The notes: generated by a model from the letters alone, not told the origin. A DNA stretch of 32,000 nt from Halorhodospira halophila SL1 (GCF_000015585.1 NC_008789.1:600001-632000); one strand, 5' to 3'; numbered from the stretch's first letter, positions 10,723-22,358 are shown. Made by a program: numbers and translations.

Positions 10723-12753
10723 TCAGGACGCGGCAGCCGCGGCGCCGCCTCCGCCCAGGGCGTGCTGCTCGATGCGGCGGATCTCGTCGCGCACCCGGGC
10801 CGCCTCCTCGAACTCCAGCTCCCGGGCGTGCTCCTGCATACGCTTCTCTAGCTCGCGGATCCGCCGCACCGCCTCGGCGGGGGACAGCCCGGCGTACTCG
10901 CCCGCCTCTTCGGCCACCCGGGCCGCCCGCTGCGGGGCCCCCGGCGCCGGCACACCACCGCGCTCCATGATGTCGGGCACCTCCTTGCGGATCCCCTGCG
11001 GGGTGATGCCGTGGGCCTCATTGTGGGCGATCTGCTTGGCCCGCCGCCGCTCCGTCTCGTCGATGGCGCGGCGCATGGAGTCCGTCATCTGATCAGCGTA
11101 GAGGATCGCCCGTCCATCGATATTGCGGGCGGCCCGACCGATGGTCTGGATCAGCGAGCGGGTAGAACGCAGAAAGCCCTCCTTATCGGCATCGAGGATA
11201 GCCACCAGCGAGACCTCGGGGATGTCCAGCCCCTCGCGCAGGAGGTTGATGCCGACCAGCACATCGAAGTGGCCCAGGCGCAGGTCACGAATGATCTCGG
11301 TGCGCTCGACCGTGTCCACGTCGGAGTGGAGGTAGCGGACCCGGACGCCGTTCTCCTCCAGGTATTCGGTCAGGTCCTCGGCCATACGCTTGGTCAGCGT
11401 GGTGACCAACACCCGCTCGTCCCGCTCGGCGCGCGCGCGGATCTCGCCGTAGACATCGTCGACCTGGGCAGTAGCCGGACGCACCTCCACCTCCGGGTCC
11501 ACTAGCCCGGTGGGGCGGACCACCTGCTCCACCACCTGCCCGGCGTGCTCCTCTTCGAAGGGGCCCGGCGTGGCCGAGACGTAGACCGTCTGCGGCGCCA
11601 GGCGGCGGAACTCCTCGAACTTCAGCGGCCGGTTGTCCAGCGCCGAGGGCAGCCGGAACCCGTATTCGACCAGGGTCTGCTTGCGCGAGCGGTCGCCCTT
11701 GTACATGCCGCCGATCTGCGGAACGGTGACGTGGGACTCATCGATGAACAGCACGGCCTCCGGCGGGATGTAGTCGAACAGAGTCGGCGGCGGCTCTCCC
11801 GGCCCGCGGCCGGAGAGATAGCGGGAGTAGTTCTCGATGCCGTTGCAGTAGCCGAGCTCGAGCATCATCTCCATATCGAAGCGGGTCCGCTCTTCCAGCC
11901 GCTGCGCCTCCACCAGCTTGTCGGCAGCCCGCAGCTCATCCAGGCGCTCGCGCAGCTCCTCCTTGATCTGCTCCACGGCCTGGTGGATCTGCTCCTTCGG
12001 GGTGACGTAGTGGGTCTTGGGGTAGATGGTCACACGCGGCACCCGGCGCAGCACCTCGCCGGTGAGCGGATCGAACCAGCTGATCTCCTCGATCTCGTCG
12101 TCGAAGAGCTGCACCCGGACCGCCTCTTCGGGGGACTCGGCGGGGAAGATGTCGATCACCTCGCCCCTGGCGCGGTAGGTGCCCCGGGTCAGCTCGGTGT
12201 CGTTGCGGGTGTACTGCAGTTCGGCCAGCCGGCGCAGGATCGCCCGCTGGTCGATCTGCTCACCGCGCACCAGGTGCAGGAGCATCGACATATACGCCTG
12301 CGGGTCGCCCAGCCCGTAGATGGAGGAGACCGAGGCGACGATGACCGTATCCTTGTGCTCGAGCACCGCCTTGGTGGCGGACAGGCGCATCTGCTCGATG
12401 TGCTCGTTCACCGAGGCGTCCTTCTCAATGAAGGTATCCGAGGAGGGCACGTACGCCTCGGGCTGGTAGTAGTCGTAGTAGGAGACGAAGTACTCGACGC
12501 GGTTCTCCGGCAAGAACTCGCGCATCTCGCCGTAGAGCTGCGCGGCCAGGGTCTTGTTCGGCGCCAGCAGGATCGCCGGACGCTGCAGCCGCTCGATCAC
12601 GTTGGCGACGGTGAAGGTCTTGCCCGAACCGGTCACCCCAAGCAGGGTCTGGTCCGAGAGCCCCGACTCGATCCCGTCGACGAGCTCGTCGATCGCCTGG
12701 GGCTGATCCCCAGCGGGCTGGAAACGGGCGTTCAGCTTGAACCGCTCAGTCAT
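10723..12753 (-). CDS. uvrB: Excinuclease ABC subunit B (UvrB)
   Basis: Walker [11 protein letters not shown], a DESH helicase motif ([12 protein letters not shown]), the beta-hairpin region and the C-terminal UVR domain ([29 protein letters not shown]). I chose the start MTERFKL at 12753. Confidence 0.97.
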   Translation of the reverse strand: MTERFKLNARFQPAGDQPQAIDELVDGIESGLSDQTLLGVTGSGKTFTVANVIERLQRPAILLAPNKTLAAQLYGEMREFLPENRVEYFVSYYDYYQPEAYVPSSDTFIEKDASVNEHIEQMRLSATKAVLEHKDTVIVASVSSIYGLGDPQAYMSMLLHLVRGEQIDQRAILRRLAELQYTRNDTELTRGTYRARGEVIDIFPAESPEEAVRVQLFDDEIEEISWFDPLTGEVLRRVPRVTIYPKTHYVTPKEQIHQAVEQIKEELRERLDELRAADKLVEAQRLEERTRFDMEMMLELGYCNGIENYSRYLSGRGPGEPPPTLFDYIPPEAVLFIDESHVTVPQIGGMYKGDRSRKQTLVEYGFRLPSALDNRPLKFEEFRRLAPQTVYVSATPGPFEEEHAGQVVEQVVRPTGLVDPEVEVRPATAQVDDVYGEIRARAERDERVLVTTLTKRMAEDLTEYLEENGVRVRYLHSDVDTVERTEIIRDLRLGHFDVLVGINLLREGLDIPEVSLVAILDADKEGFLRSTRSLIQTIGRAARNIDGRAILYADQMTDSMRRAIDETERRRAKQIAHNEAHGITPQGIRKEVPDIMERGGVPAPGAPQRAARVAEEAGEYAGLSPAEAVRRIRELEKRMQEHARELEFEEAARVRDEIRRIEQHALGGGGAAAAAS

Positions 12754-12834
12754 TCCCCCCCCGCACACGCCTTCGGCAGGTCGTTCCGCATCACGCTCTG
12801 CAAGCTACACCTCTGACTCCGGCGGTCATAAAGT

Positions 12835-12855
12835 CTGAACCCTGAACACTGAACC
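12835..12855. repeat. Three tandem heptamers CTGAACC CTGAACA CTGAACC in the uvrB/aminotransferase divergent promoter region
   Basis: Read directly from the sequence. The middle unit can serve as a -35 element (TGAACA, 16-bp spacer, TATCAT at 12865-12870) for the + strand aminotransferase gene. Confidence 0.6.
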
Positions 12856-12906
12856 CAAAACCCTTATCATACTCCCCGAGCCCAACTTTCAACGCGGAGC
12901 CAAACC

Positions 12907-14091
12907 ATGGACCTTCAGCTTGCCGATCGCGTCCAGCGCATCAAGCCATCGCCGACGCTCGCCGTCACCGCCCGCGCCGCGGAGCTGCGCGCCGCCGGCC
13001 ACGACGTCATCGGCCTCGGCGCCGGCGAGCCGGACTTCGACACCCCGGCACACATCATCGAGGCCGCCGTCCAGGCCGCCCAGCAGGGGCAGACGCGCTA
13101 CACCGCCGTGGACGGCACCACCGAACTCAAGCAGGCGGTCATCGACAAGCTCCAGCGCGACAACCAGCTGAGCTACGAAGCCAACCAGATCCTGGTCTCC
13201 AGCGGCGCCAAGCAGTCGCTGTTCAACGCCATGGCCGCCGTCCTCAACGAGGGCGACGAGGTGGTCATCCCGGCGCCCTACTGGGTCTCCTACCCGGACA
13301 TGGCCCTGGTCTTCGGCGCACAGCCGGTCTTCGTGGCCGCCGGTGCCGAGAGCCGTTTCAAGATCACCCCGGAGCAGCTTGAGCAGGCGCTGACCCGCAA
13401 GACCCGCATGGTCATCCTCAACAGTCCGTCCAACCCCACCGGCACCGCCTACACCCGGGACGAGCTGGCGGCGCTGGGCGCGGTCCTCGAGCGCCATCCG
13501 CAGGTCGTGGTGGTCAGTGACGACATCTACGAGCACATCCTCTGGCGCGACGAGGCTTTCTCCAACATCGCCATGGCGGCACCGCAGCTCTTCGAGCGGA
13601 CCATCGTGGTCAACGGCGTCTCCAAGGCGTACGCCATGACCGGCTGGCGTATCGGCTACGCGGCCGGCCCGGCCCCGCTGATCGGCGCCATGAAGAAGGT
13701 GCAGTCGCAGAGCACATCCAACCCGGCCTCGATCTCTCAGGCCGCTGCGCTGGCCGCCCTCAACGGCGATCAGGGCTGCATCCAGCCCATGCTGGAGCAG
13801 TTCAAGGCGCGCCACGATTTCGTCGTCGAGCGCCTCAACGCCATGCCGGGGGTAAGCTGCACGCCGTGCGACGGCACCTTCTACTGCTTCCCGCACATGG
13901 AAGAGGCCATGAACCGCACCGGCGCCGAGGACGACGTCGCCTTCGCCGAGCAGCTGATCAACGACGCCGGTGTAGCCCTGGTGCCGGGCTCGGCCTTCGG
14001 CCTGCCGGGATACGCCCGCATCTCTTATGCGACCAGCATGGAGAACCTGGAGCGGGCCATGGATCGGCTGCAGCAAGCCCTGGGCGGCTGA
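12907..14091 (+). CDS. Aspartate (class I, PLP-dependent) aminotransferase
   Basis: 394 aa with N-terminal RIKPSPTLAVTARAAELRAAGHDVIGLGAGEPDFDTP and the PLP-lysine motif NGVSKAYAMTGWRIGY. NSPSNPTG and a C-terminal RISYATS are also present. Confidence 0.9.
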   Translation: MDLQLADRVQRIKPSPTLAVTARAAELRAAGHDVIGLGAGEPDFDTPAHIIEAAVQAAQQGQTRYTAVDGTTELKQAVIDKLQRDNQLSYEANQILVSSGAKQSLFNAMAAVLNEGDEVVIPAPYWVSYPDMALVFGAQPVFVAAGAESRFKITPEQLEQALTRKTRMVILNSPSNPTGTAYTRDELAALGAVLERHPQVVVVSDDIYEHILWRDEAFSNIAMAAPQLFERTIVVNGVSKAYAMTGWRIGYAAGPAPLIGAMKKVQSQSTSNPASISQAAALAALNGDQGCIQPMLEQFKARHDFVVERLNAMPGVSCTPCDGTFYCFPHMEEAMNRTGAEDDVAFAEQLINDAGVALVPGSAFGLPGYARISYATSMENLERAMDRLQQALGG

Positions 14092-14100
14092 CGCCCCCAG

Positions 14101-14133
14101 CCACCCCCGCCTGCGCGTTGCGGGCGGGGGTGG
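14101..14133 (+). terminator. GC-rich hairpin downstream of the aminotransferase gene
   Basis: CCACCCCCGCC pairs with GGCGGGGGTGG (11-bp stem), starting 10 nt after the stop codon. No clear U-tract. Confidence 0.35.
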
Positions 14134-14223
14134 GGCCAGGGTGCGGCGCGGCCAATCAAGGCTTGACCCCGGCAATCCGACATCGGCAGAATACGCAGCG
14201 AATCGTGAGACACGATCAGCGTT

Positions 14224-14298
<75 letters not shown>

Positions 14299-14328
14299 AT
14301 CCCTCCTCTTTTCATCGACACCCCTGTT

Positions 14329-14351
14329 GATCAGCCGAGTTCGAGCTGATC
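14329..14351. terminator. Short hairpin between tRNA-Asn and the 3' end of the CowN-like gene
   Basis: GATCAGC-N9-GCTGATC, a 7-bp stem. No U-tract, so it is weak. Confidence 0.25.
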
Positions 14352-14361
14352 GGACCGCTGC

Positions 14362-14634
14362 TCAGCAACACTCCCGCTCGATATTCGACAAGAGCCTCAG
14401 GCCGTCCGCGTCCGAGCGCCGCTCGAACAGCTCCCGTACGACATTGATCTGCGCATGGACCACCAGCCGGGTATCCGCTTCCGTGCCCTCTCGCCCGCCG
14501 AGTTCACGCTCCAGGTAGCGCCTCACCGGACTGTCCCGGGGCTCATCCGCGATGTGGGCATCGATCCGGCGGAGCAGCCGCCGGATCGCGTGGTCACAGT
14601 CCAGGCCAGTGGCCTCATGGTCAGCGGTGGCCAT
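14362..14634 (-). CDS. cowN: CowN-like protein (N2-fixation sustaining / CO-protection family), tentative
   Basis: 90 aa with strong G/C third-position bias. It has an LDCD motif near the N-terminus and a C-terminal ...LLSNIERECC, which match my recollection of the small CowN family (about 90 aa, ending in ECC). Its start overlaps the upstream ferredoxin gene by 14 nt. The family assignment rests on memory, not a search. Confidence 0.5.
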   Translation of the reverse strand: MATADHEATGLDCDHAIRRLLRRIDAHIADEPRDSPVRRYLERELGGREGTEADTRLVVHAQINVVRELFERRSDADGLRLLSNIERECC

Positions 14635-14977
14635 ACTCGATCACCAGATCCTCATCGCGAACAACCATCTGGCACATCAACCGCCAGTTGGTCGGGAAGT
14701 CGTCGACGCGCATGCGGTCGATTTCCGCCTGCGTGACCTTGCCCAGCTCCAGCAGGACCCGCTCCTCGCGGTCCGTCAACGGCCCCGCCATTGTTCCTTT
14801 TGTGACACCGTAGCGGACATAAACGAGGCAACTGCCACACTGGCCATCCTGACAATCGAAAGAGATCGGGATGTTGTGGCGGCGGGCCAGTTTCAGGACC
14901 GGCTCCGTATGACTGCCCGCGACCGCTTGCACGGTGCGGTCCCCGTGCTCCGGGTGCCGAAACGTCACATTTGGCAT
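14621..14977 (-). CDS. [2Fe-2S] ferredoxin (plant/vertebrate-type fold)
   Basis: C-x4-C-x2-C motif (CQDGQCGSC) plus a distal Cys (RLMCQMVV). The ATG at 14977 (MPNVTFRHP) is preceded by AAGGAG at 7-nt spacing; the track start at 15001 lacks an RBS. Confidence 0.8.
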   Translation of the reverse strand: MPNVTFRHPEHGDRTVQAVAGSHTEPVLKLARRHNIPISFDCQDGQCGSCLVYVRYGVTKGTMAGPLTDREERVLLELGKVTQAEIDRMRVDDFPTNWRLMCQMVVRDEDLVIEYGHR

Positions 14978-15033
14978 GGTGGTGCTCCTTGGTTCGCTCA
15001 ATCAGCGGAGAATGGCTCAACGCACCACCTGCT

Positions 15034-15050
15034 AGCATTTTTCGGGCCAG
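15034..15050 (-). promoter_or_regulatory. Candidate sigma54 (-24/-12) promoter for the ferredoxin-cowN pair
   Basis: The minus strand reads CTGGCCCGAAAAATGCT. GG and GC have the canonical spacing (TGGCAC-N5-TTGCW consensus), with two mismatches outside the invariant GG/GC. It lies 57 nt upstream of the ferredoxin ATG, in the 87-bp gap after dodecin. Confidence 0.45.
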
Positions 15051-15058
15051 AGGGCGTT

Positions 15059-15271
15059 TCAGCCCCCTTCCAGGGTAAACCCGACCTTGACCGTGACCTG
15101 CCAGTGGTTCACCCGGCCGCCCTCGATATGCCCCCGGGTATCCACCACCTCGAACCAGCGTAGATGGCGGAGGGTCTCGCCGGCACGGGCGATGGCGTTG
15201 TTCACGGCCTCCTCGATCCCGTTCGGGGAGGAACCGGTCAGCTCGACAATCTTGTAGACGTGATCGCTCAT
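15059..15271 (-). CDS. Dodecin (flavin-binding/storage protein)
   Basis: 70 aa: [69 protein letters not shown], the characteristic bacterial dodecin sequence pattern. AGGAG lies 7 nt upstream of the ATG at 15271. Confidence 0.85.
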
Positions 15272-15318
15272 CCGAACGCTCCTGGGTACAGGGAGAAACA
15301 AAGACTGGGGCGGATGAC

Positions 15319-15375
15319 GCCCGACACCCGGGCTGCGGTGTCGGGCGCCGGTAGCGAGCCGGCCGAAGCCGGCTC
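15319..15375 (-). terminator. Two tandem hairpins downstream of katG
   Basis: On the katG strand: GAGCCGGC-UUCG-GCCGGCUC (15356-15375), then GCCCGACACC-N8-GGUGUCGGGC (15319-15346). A T-containing tract (GTCTTTGTTTCT) lies further downstream. Confidence 0.6.
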
Positions 15376-15382
15376 ACCGCGG

Positions 15383-17656
<2,274 letters not shown>

Positions 17657-17722
17657 TTACAGTGTGACGCCCGGTCCGCGGCTTCATCGACACCTCGATC
17701 TCCCCTCAACGTAACGCATCAC

Positions 17723-17750
17723 TTGAAAGAACGCGCCCCATCGAGATAAT
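17723..17750 (+). promoter_or_regulatory. Candidate sigma70 promoter for nhaC
   Basis: TTGAAA (17723-17728), a 16-bp spacer, then GATAAT (17745-17750), 30 nt upstream of the nhaC ATG. Confidence 0.45.
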
Positions 17751-17780
17751 GCCGGCTCCCTTAGCCACCCTGGAGTCGGT

Positions 17781-19313
17781 ATGAGTGAACAGGAAGAGAA
17801 CTCGGTGCGGGAGTCCGAGATCCCGCTTCCCAGCGTGACCACAGCCCTCCTGCCCATCGCCTTCACCATGGGCTTGATGGTCTTCCAGATCCTCGCCTTC
17901 GACGACTTCGTCCCCCACGTCCCGCTGGCCCTGGGCATCGCCTTCACCGGCCTGCTCGGCTGGTACCACGGCATCCGCTGGTGGCGGATGGAGAACGGGC
18001 TCTACCACGTGGTGCACATCGGCCTGCAGTCGGTGGCCATCCTCATCACGGTGGGCATGATCATCGGTACGTGGATCCTCTCCGGCACGGTGCCGCTGCT
18101 CATCTACTACGGGCTGCTGCTGATCACCCCGGAGCTGTTCCTGCTCGCTGCCATGATCCTCACCGCCGTGGTCTCCATGGCCGTGGGCACCTCCTGGGGC
18201 ACGGTAGGCACCGTGGGCCTGGCCCTGGTCGGCGTCGGCGAGGGGTTGGGCATCCCGCTGGCCCTGACCGGCGGCGCCATCGTCTCTGGCGCCTTTTTCG
18301 GCGATAAGATGTCGCCGCTGTCGGATACCACCAACCTTGCGCCGGCGGTGACCGGCACCAACCTGTTCAGCCACATCCGCAACATGATGGCCACCTCCGT
18401 GCCCGCGCTGATCGTGGCCGGCGCGGCCTACTGGGTCATCGGCTTCGGCTACGCCGGCACGGACCTGGAAACCGGGCGCATCGAGACCATCCTCGAGGGC
18501 CTGGAGGCACAGTTCACCCTGCACCCGGTCCTGCTGCTGCCGGCGGTGCTGGTCATGGCGCTGGCGCTGATGCGCTTCCCGGTGCTACCCACCCTCTTCT
18601 CCGGTGCCGTGGCCGGTGCGGTGATGGCGGTCCTCGTCCAGGGCACCGACGTCGCCGCCGCGGTGATGGCCATGCAGGACGGCTTCGTCAGCGAAACCGG
18701 TGTGGAGTCAGTGGACGATCTGCTCTCCACCGGCGGCATCCAGTCGATGATGTGGACCATCTCGCTGGTGCTGATCGCGCTGGCCTTCGGCGGCATCCTG
18801 GAGCAGACGCGCAGCGTCGAGGCGGTCCTGAACGCCATCATCCAGCGAATCCGCGGCCGCTTCTCGCTGTTCGCCGCCAGCACTGGTAGCTCCGCCGGCA
18901 CTAACCTCATCTCCGGCGACCCGTACCTGTCCATCGCGCTGCCGGGGCGGATGTTCGCGCCGGTCTACCGGGGGCAGGGGCAGTCGACCCTCAACCTGTC
19001 GCGTTCGGTGGAGGAAGGCGGGACGATGATCAACCCGCTGATCCCATGGGGCGCAGGCGGCGCCTTTACCGCCGGAGCCCTGGGTATCCCCACCCTGGTC
19101 TACGCGCCGTTCGCCATCGTCTGCTGGCTGTCGCCGATCATCGGCCTGTTCTTCGCGGCCACCGGGTGGTTCATGCCCCGGGCCAGCGAGGAGGAGCAGC
19201 GCCGCTGGCAAGACAACCATGAGTCGATCATGGTCCAGGGCGGTGTGGTTAACTCCGCCGATCTCGACCCCGAGGAGCTGGAGCGGGCCTTCGACCGCTA
19301 CCGGCGACGCTAA
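17781..19313 (+). CDS. nhaC: Na+/H+ antiporter, NhaC family
   Basis: 510-aa polytopic membrane protein. The sequence is typical of NhaC (…SMAVGTSWGTVGTVGLALVGVGEGLGIPLALTGGAIVSGAFFGDKMSPLSDTTNLAP…). GGAG lies 5 nt before the ATG. Confidence 0.88.
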   Translation: MSEQEENSVRESEIPLPSVTTALLPIAFTMGLMVFQILAFDDFVPHVPLALGIAFTGLLGWYHGIRWWRMENGLYHVVHIGLQSVAILITVGMIIGTWILSGTVPLLIYYGLLLITPELFLLAAMILTAVVSMAVGTSWGTVGTVGLALVGVGEGLGIPLALTGGAIVSGAFFGDKMSPLSDTTNLAPAVTGTNLFSHIRNMMATSVPALIVAGAAYWVIGFGYAGTDLETGRIETILEGLEAQFTLHPVLLLPAVLVMALALMRFPVLPTLFSGAVAGAVMAVLVQGTDVAAAVMAMQDGFVSETGVESVDDLLSTGGIQSMMWTISLVLIALAFGGILEQTRSVEAVLNAIIQRIRGRFSLFAASTGSSAGTNLISGDPYLSIALPGRMFAPVYRGQGQSTLNLSRSVEEGGTMINPLIPWGAGGAFTAGALGIPTLVYAPFAIVCWLSPIIGLFFAATGWFMPRASEEEQRRWQDNHESIMVQGGVVNSADLDPEELERAFDRYRRR

Positions 19314-19325
19314 CCTCGCGGCAAC

Positions 19326-19364
19326 GCCGGGGTTGGGGGCGGCCTGGCCGCCCCCAACCCCGGC
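19326..19364 (+). terminator. Intrinsic-terminator-like hairpin after nhaC
   Basis: GCCGGGGTTGGGGGCGGC...GCCGCCCCCAACCCCGGC, an 18-19-bp perfect GC-rich stem, 13 nt after the stop and followed by CTTCTC. Confidence 0.6.
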
Positions 19365-19508
19365 CTTCTCACTGCACCTCGCCGATTGCACCCGGGGGCC
19401 CGCCAAAGGCATTATCCGCCAAACCTGGGTATTGCATCCGGAAATAGCATCGCCCATGAATAACCACGCGGGCGGCCGGCGCCGCCTGCCACCGCAGAGC
19501 GAATCCCC

Positions 19509-21431
19509 ATGTTCAGCGCTGTCCGTCTGACCCCGAAGCTCCTCATCCTGTTCGGCATCCCCACCCTGCTGGCCTTCGTGATCGTCGGAGGGGTCGTCAC
19601 CCAACAGGCGAGTGATCGGTTCAGCACCGAGATCACCGACTCGACCCAGGAACTCAGCGAGGCCGGTGCCGAGGCCATCAGCCAGTGGCTGGACACCCAC
19701 ACGGCCTTCGTATCCGCCCTGGCCCAAAGCGAGGCGCTCAGTTCGGACGAGCCGGACCGGATCAGCGAGTTCCTCGCCCGGCAGGGTGAGCACATGAGCG
19801 ACGAATACGAGGTGCTGATCTTCGTCGACACCGAAGGAACCGCCACCTACCACCACGGCGGTGAGCAAACCGACCTGTCCGGACGCGACTATTGGCAGAA
19901 CCTAGTCGAGGAGCAGCAAGAGACGCAGGCCATCTCGGATCCGGTTCATTCGGCCAGCACCGGCAACCCGATCACCGTCATCGCCGAGGCGGTCACCGAT
20001 GAACGCGGCGAGGTCGTCGGCCTTGTGGCCGTGACCGTCACCCTGGATACCCTGGCCGATGTCGTGGCCACGGCAACGGACCGCACCGGCGCCCTGCCGT
20101 GGGCGCTCGGCGCCGACGGCCTGACCGTCGCCCACCCCGACGAGGACGTGCGCATGGAGCAGAACGCGCTGGAATCCGGGGACGAGGACTATCGTGCGAT
20201 CGCCCAGCGCATGGTCGACGGCGAACGCGGCGTGGGCACCTTCACCGACGCCGACGGCACCGCCTATACCGCATCCTTCGCCCCGGTCTCCGGGCTCTCC
20301 GGCTGGTCCCTGGGGATCGCCGTTCCGGAGTCGGAACTGATGGCCGCGGCCCGCGACCTGCGGCAGAACCTGCTGGTGATTTTCGGCGCAGCGGTTCTGG
20401 TGCTCGGCGGTATCATCGTACTGGTGGCCCGGCGAATCGCCCGCCCCATCGCCGCCACCAGCCGAGCCCTGGGCGAGATCGCCAGCGGCGATGCCGACCT
20501 CACCCAGCGGCTGGAAGTTCAGACCCGGGATGAGGTCGGCGAGCTGGCGAGCAACTTCAACGCCTTCGTCGATCGGATGCAGGAACTGATTGGCTCGGTC
20601 TCGGACGCTTCGACCCAGCTCTCGGCCTCTGCCGAGGAGCTCTCCGCCTCGGTGCGCGAGACCAGCGGCCAATTGCGCGAGCAGCAGTCCGAGACCGAGC
20701 AGGTGGCCACCTCCATGAATGAGATGGCCGCCACCATCCAGCAGGTCGCCGAGAACGCCTCGGACGCCTCCGAGGCGGCCCGGAGATCCGATCAGGCCGC
20801 CCACTCCGGCGCGGATGTCGTGCAGGAGAATGCCAACGAGATCCGCCAGGTGGCCGAGCAGGCCGAGACCGCCGCCGGCGTCGTCCAGCAGCTCAACCAG
20901 GACGCCGAGCGGGTCACCAAGGTGCTCGACGTGATCCACGAGATCACCGAGCAGACCAACCTCCTCGCCCTCAACGCCGCCATCGAGGCGGCCCGCGCCG
21001 GCGAGAACGGCCGCGGGTTCTCGGTGGTGGCCGAGGAGGTGCGCAAGCTAGCCACCCGCACGCAGTCTTCCACGGAAGAGATCCGCGAGATCCTCGACAC
21101 CCTGCGCGGACGCATCGAAGACGCCGCGCAGGCGATGGAGAACGGCCGCAGCAGCTCGAACCAGGCGGTGACCATCGCCGCACGGGCATCCGAGTCACTG
21201 GGCGCGATCACCGACTCGGTGAGCACCATCACCGACATGAACACCCAGATCGCCAGTGCCGCGGAGGAGCAGTCCGCGGCCTCCGAGGAGATCAACCGCT
21301 CACTCAATCAGATCAAGGCGACCATTGACGCCACCGCCAGCGGCGCCTCCCAGGTTGCATCCGCCAGCGAGGAGGTGGCCCGGCTGGCCGCGGACCTGCA
21401 GGATCGCGTGGGGCAGTTCCGCGTGCGCTGA
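19509..21431 (+). CDS. Methyl-accepting chemotaxis protein (TM1 - periplasmic Cache-like domain - TM2 - HAMP - signalling domain)
   Basis: Two hydrophobic segments ([20 protein letters not shown] and [20 protein letters not shown]) flank a roughly 260-aa domain with a Cache-like motif ([31 protein letters not shown]). A HAMP domain ([42 protein letters not shown]) and the MCP tip ([37 protein letters not shown]) follow. Confidence 0.92.
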   Translation: MFSAVRLTPKLLILFGIPTLLAFVIVGGVVTQQASDRFSTEITDSTQELSEAGAEAISQWLDTHTAFVSALAQSEALSSDEPDRISEFLARQGEHMSDEYEVLIFVDTEGTATYHHGGEQTDLSGRDYWQNLVEEQQETQAISDPVHSASTGNPITVIAEAVTDERGEVVGLVAVTVTLDTLADVVATATDRTGALPWALGADGLTVAHPDEDVRMEQNALESGDEDYRAIAQRMVDGERGVGTFTDADGTAYTASFAPVSGLSGWSLGIAVPESELMAAARDLRQNLLVIFGAAVLVLGGIIVLVARRIARPIAATSRALGEIASGDADLTQRLEVQTRDEVGELASNFNAFVDRMQELIGSVSDASTQLSASAEELSASVRETSGQLREQQSETEQVATSMNEMAATIQQVAENASDASEAARRSDQAAHSGADVVQENANEIRQVAEQAETAAGVVQQLNQDAERVTKVLDVIHEITEQTNLLALNAAIEAARAGENGRGFSVVAEEVRKLATRTQSSTEEIREILDTLRGRIEDAAQAMENGRSSSNQAVTIAARASESLGAITDSVSTITDMNTQIASAAEEQSAASEEINRSLNQIKATIDATASGASQVASASEEVARLAADLQDRVGQFRVR

Positions 21432-21458
21432 CCAGGCTGCCCCGGTCAGCGCACGCGG
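21419..21458. terminator. Palindrome spanning both stop codons of the convergent MCP and SDR genes (bidirectional terminator candidate)
   Basis: CCGCGTGCGCTGACC-N10-GGTCAGCGCACGCGG, a 15-bp perfect stem. TGA of the MCP (21429-21431) and TGA of the SDR (21448-21446) lie inside opposite arms. Confidence 0.55.
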
Positions 21459-22294
21459 CGCAGGGTCGGCACCGCCGACAGGGCTCGCACCAGCGTGGCC
21501 AGCGGTGAGCGGTACTGGAGCGTGCGTCCGGTCCCGGTGATGCCGCGCACCCGGGGCACCAGGGCGTCGGCTACCTGCTCCGGGGGTTCGGCCAGACGGT
21601 CGATGATCGGCCGGGCCTGCTCCGGCAGGTCGGCGAGCAGCAGCTCGGTGCGCACCAGCCCCGGGCGCAGCTCGTGGACGCCGATGCCTTGCTCGCCACT
21701 CGCCTGCAGCTCCCGGCGCAGCTGTCGGGAGAGCTCCGCCACCCCCAGCTTGCTGACCCGATGGGGGATGGAGGTCCGCGAGAAATGCGCCCCCAGCCCG
21801 GAGAAGCCGAAGTTGAACAGGTGGTAGCGCGGCTCCGGTGCCGCCGGCTGCGCCTGCATGCGCCGCAGCGCCGCCGCGCAAAGCTGCATCGAGCCAGTGA
21901 GATTGGTGGTGCAGGTCTCGGCGATATCCGCCGCGGACAGCTCAACCAGCGGCCGCTTGTGCCGACCGGCGGTACCGGCGTTGTTGAGCCAGCGGTGGAT
22001 GCTCCCCAGCCGCTCGACGGCGAAATCGGCCAGCCGCTCCGCGGCCTCGGGATCGGCCACATCGCAGGCCACCGTGTGCAGCCGCTCACCGGCACCGGTG
22101 GCCGTGACCAGCTCCGCCCGCGCCACTTCCAGCCGCTCCGCATCCCGGGCGCAGAGGACCACCGCATCACCAGCGGCGAGGAAGCGCTGCGCCATGGCCA
22201 GCCCCAGGCCACGGCTGCCGCCGGTGATCACCACCCCGAGGGGCCCCTCGGGGGCCGCGGATGCGGGCAGGCGGGATGCGGAGGAGTCGCTCAT
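21446..22294 (-). CDS. Short-chain dehydrogenase/reductase (SDR) family protein, atypical active site
   Basis: Rossmann motif VVITGGSRGLGLAMA and an NNAG motif (WLNNAGTAG). At the YxxxK position the sequence reads PHRVSK (His in place of Tyr), 13 residues after the candidate catalytic Ser (GFSGLG). Confidence 0.85.
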   Translation of the reverse strand: MSDSSASRLPASAAPEGPLGVVITGGSRGLGLAMAQRFLAAGDAVVLCARDAERLEVARAELVTATGAGERLHTVACDVADPEAAERLADFAVERLGSIHRWLNNAGTAGRHKRPLVELSAADIAETCTTNLTGSMQLCAAALRRMQAQPAAPEPRYHLFNFGFSGLGAHFSRTSIPHRVSKLGVAELSRQLRRELQASGEQGIGVHELRPGLVRTELLLADLPEQARPIIDRLAEPPEQVADALVPRVRGITGTGRTLQYRSPLATLVRALSAVPTLRRVR

Positions 22295-22314
22295 GATCGC
22301 TGCAAGCTAGCGGC

Positions 22315-22347
22315 CCGCCCGCCCCGGGTCAACGCCCTGGGGCGGGC
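22315..22347 (-). terminator. GC-rich hairpin after the TonB-dependent receptor gene
   Basis: CGCCCGCCCC...GGGGCGGGCG, a 10-bp outer stem plus an inner GGG/CCC, located 12-44 nt downstream of the receptor stop. Confidence 0.5.
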
Positions 22348-22358
22348 GAGCCGGCGAT

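Noticed and set aside
10711-10743. Hairpin from the two GCCGCGGC octamers at the small-ORF/uvrB junction as a terminator
   Set aside because: The second arm lies inside the uvrB coding region, the loop is 17 nt, and the octamer is a self-complementary GC-rich word that is common in this genome context. Not convincing.
12754-12906. Canonical LexA/SOS box upstream of uvrB
   Set aside because: No CTGT-N8-ACAG-type palindrome is present on either strand. Only the CTGAAC heptamer repeats were found, and these are reported separately as an open question.
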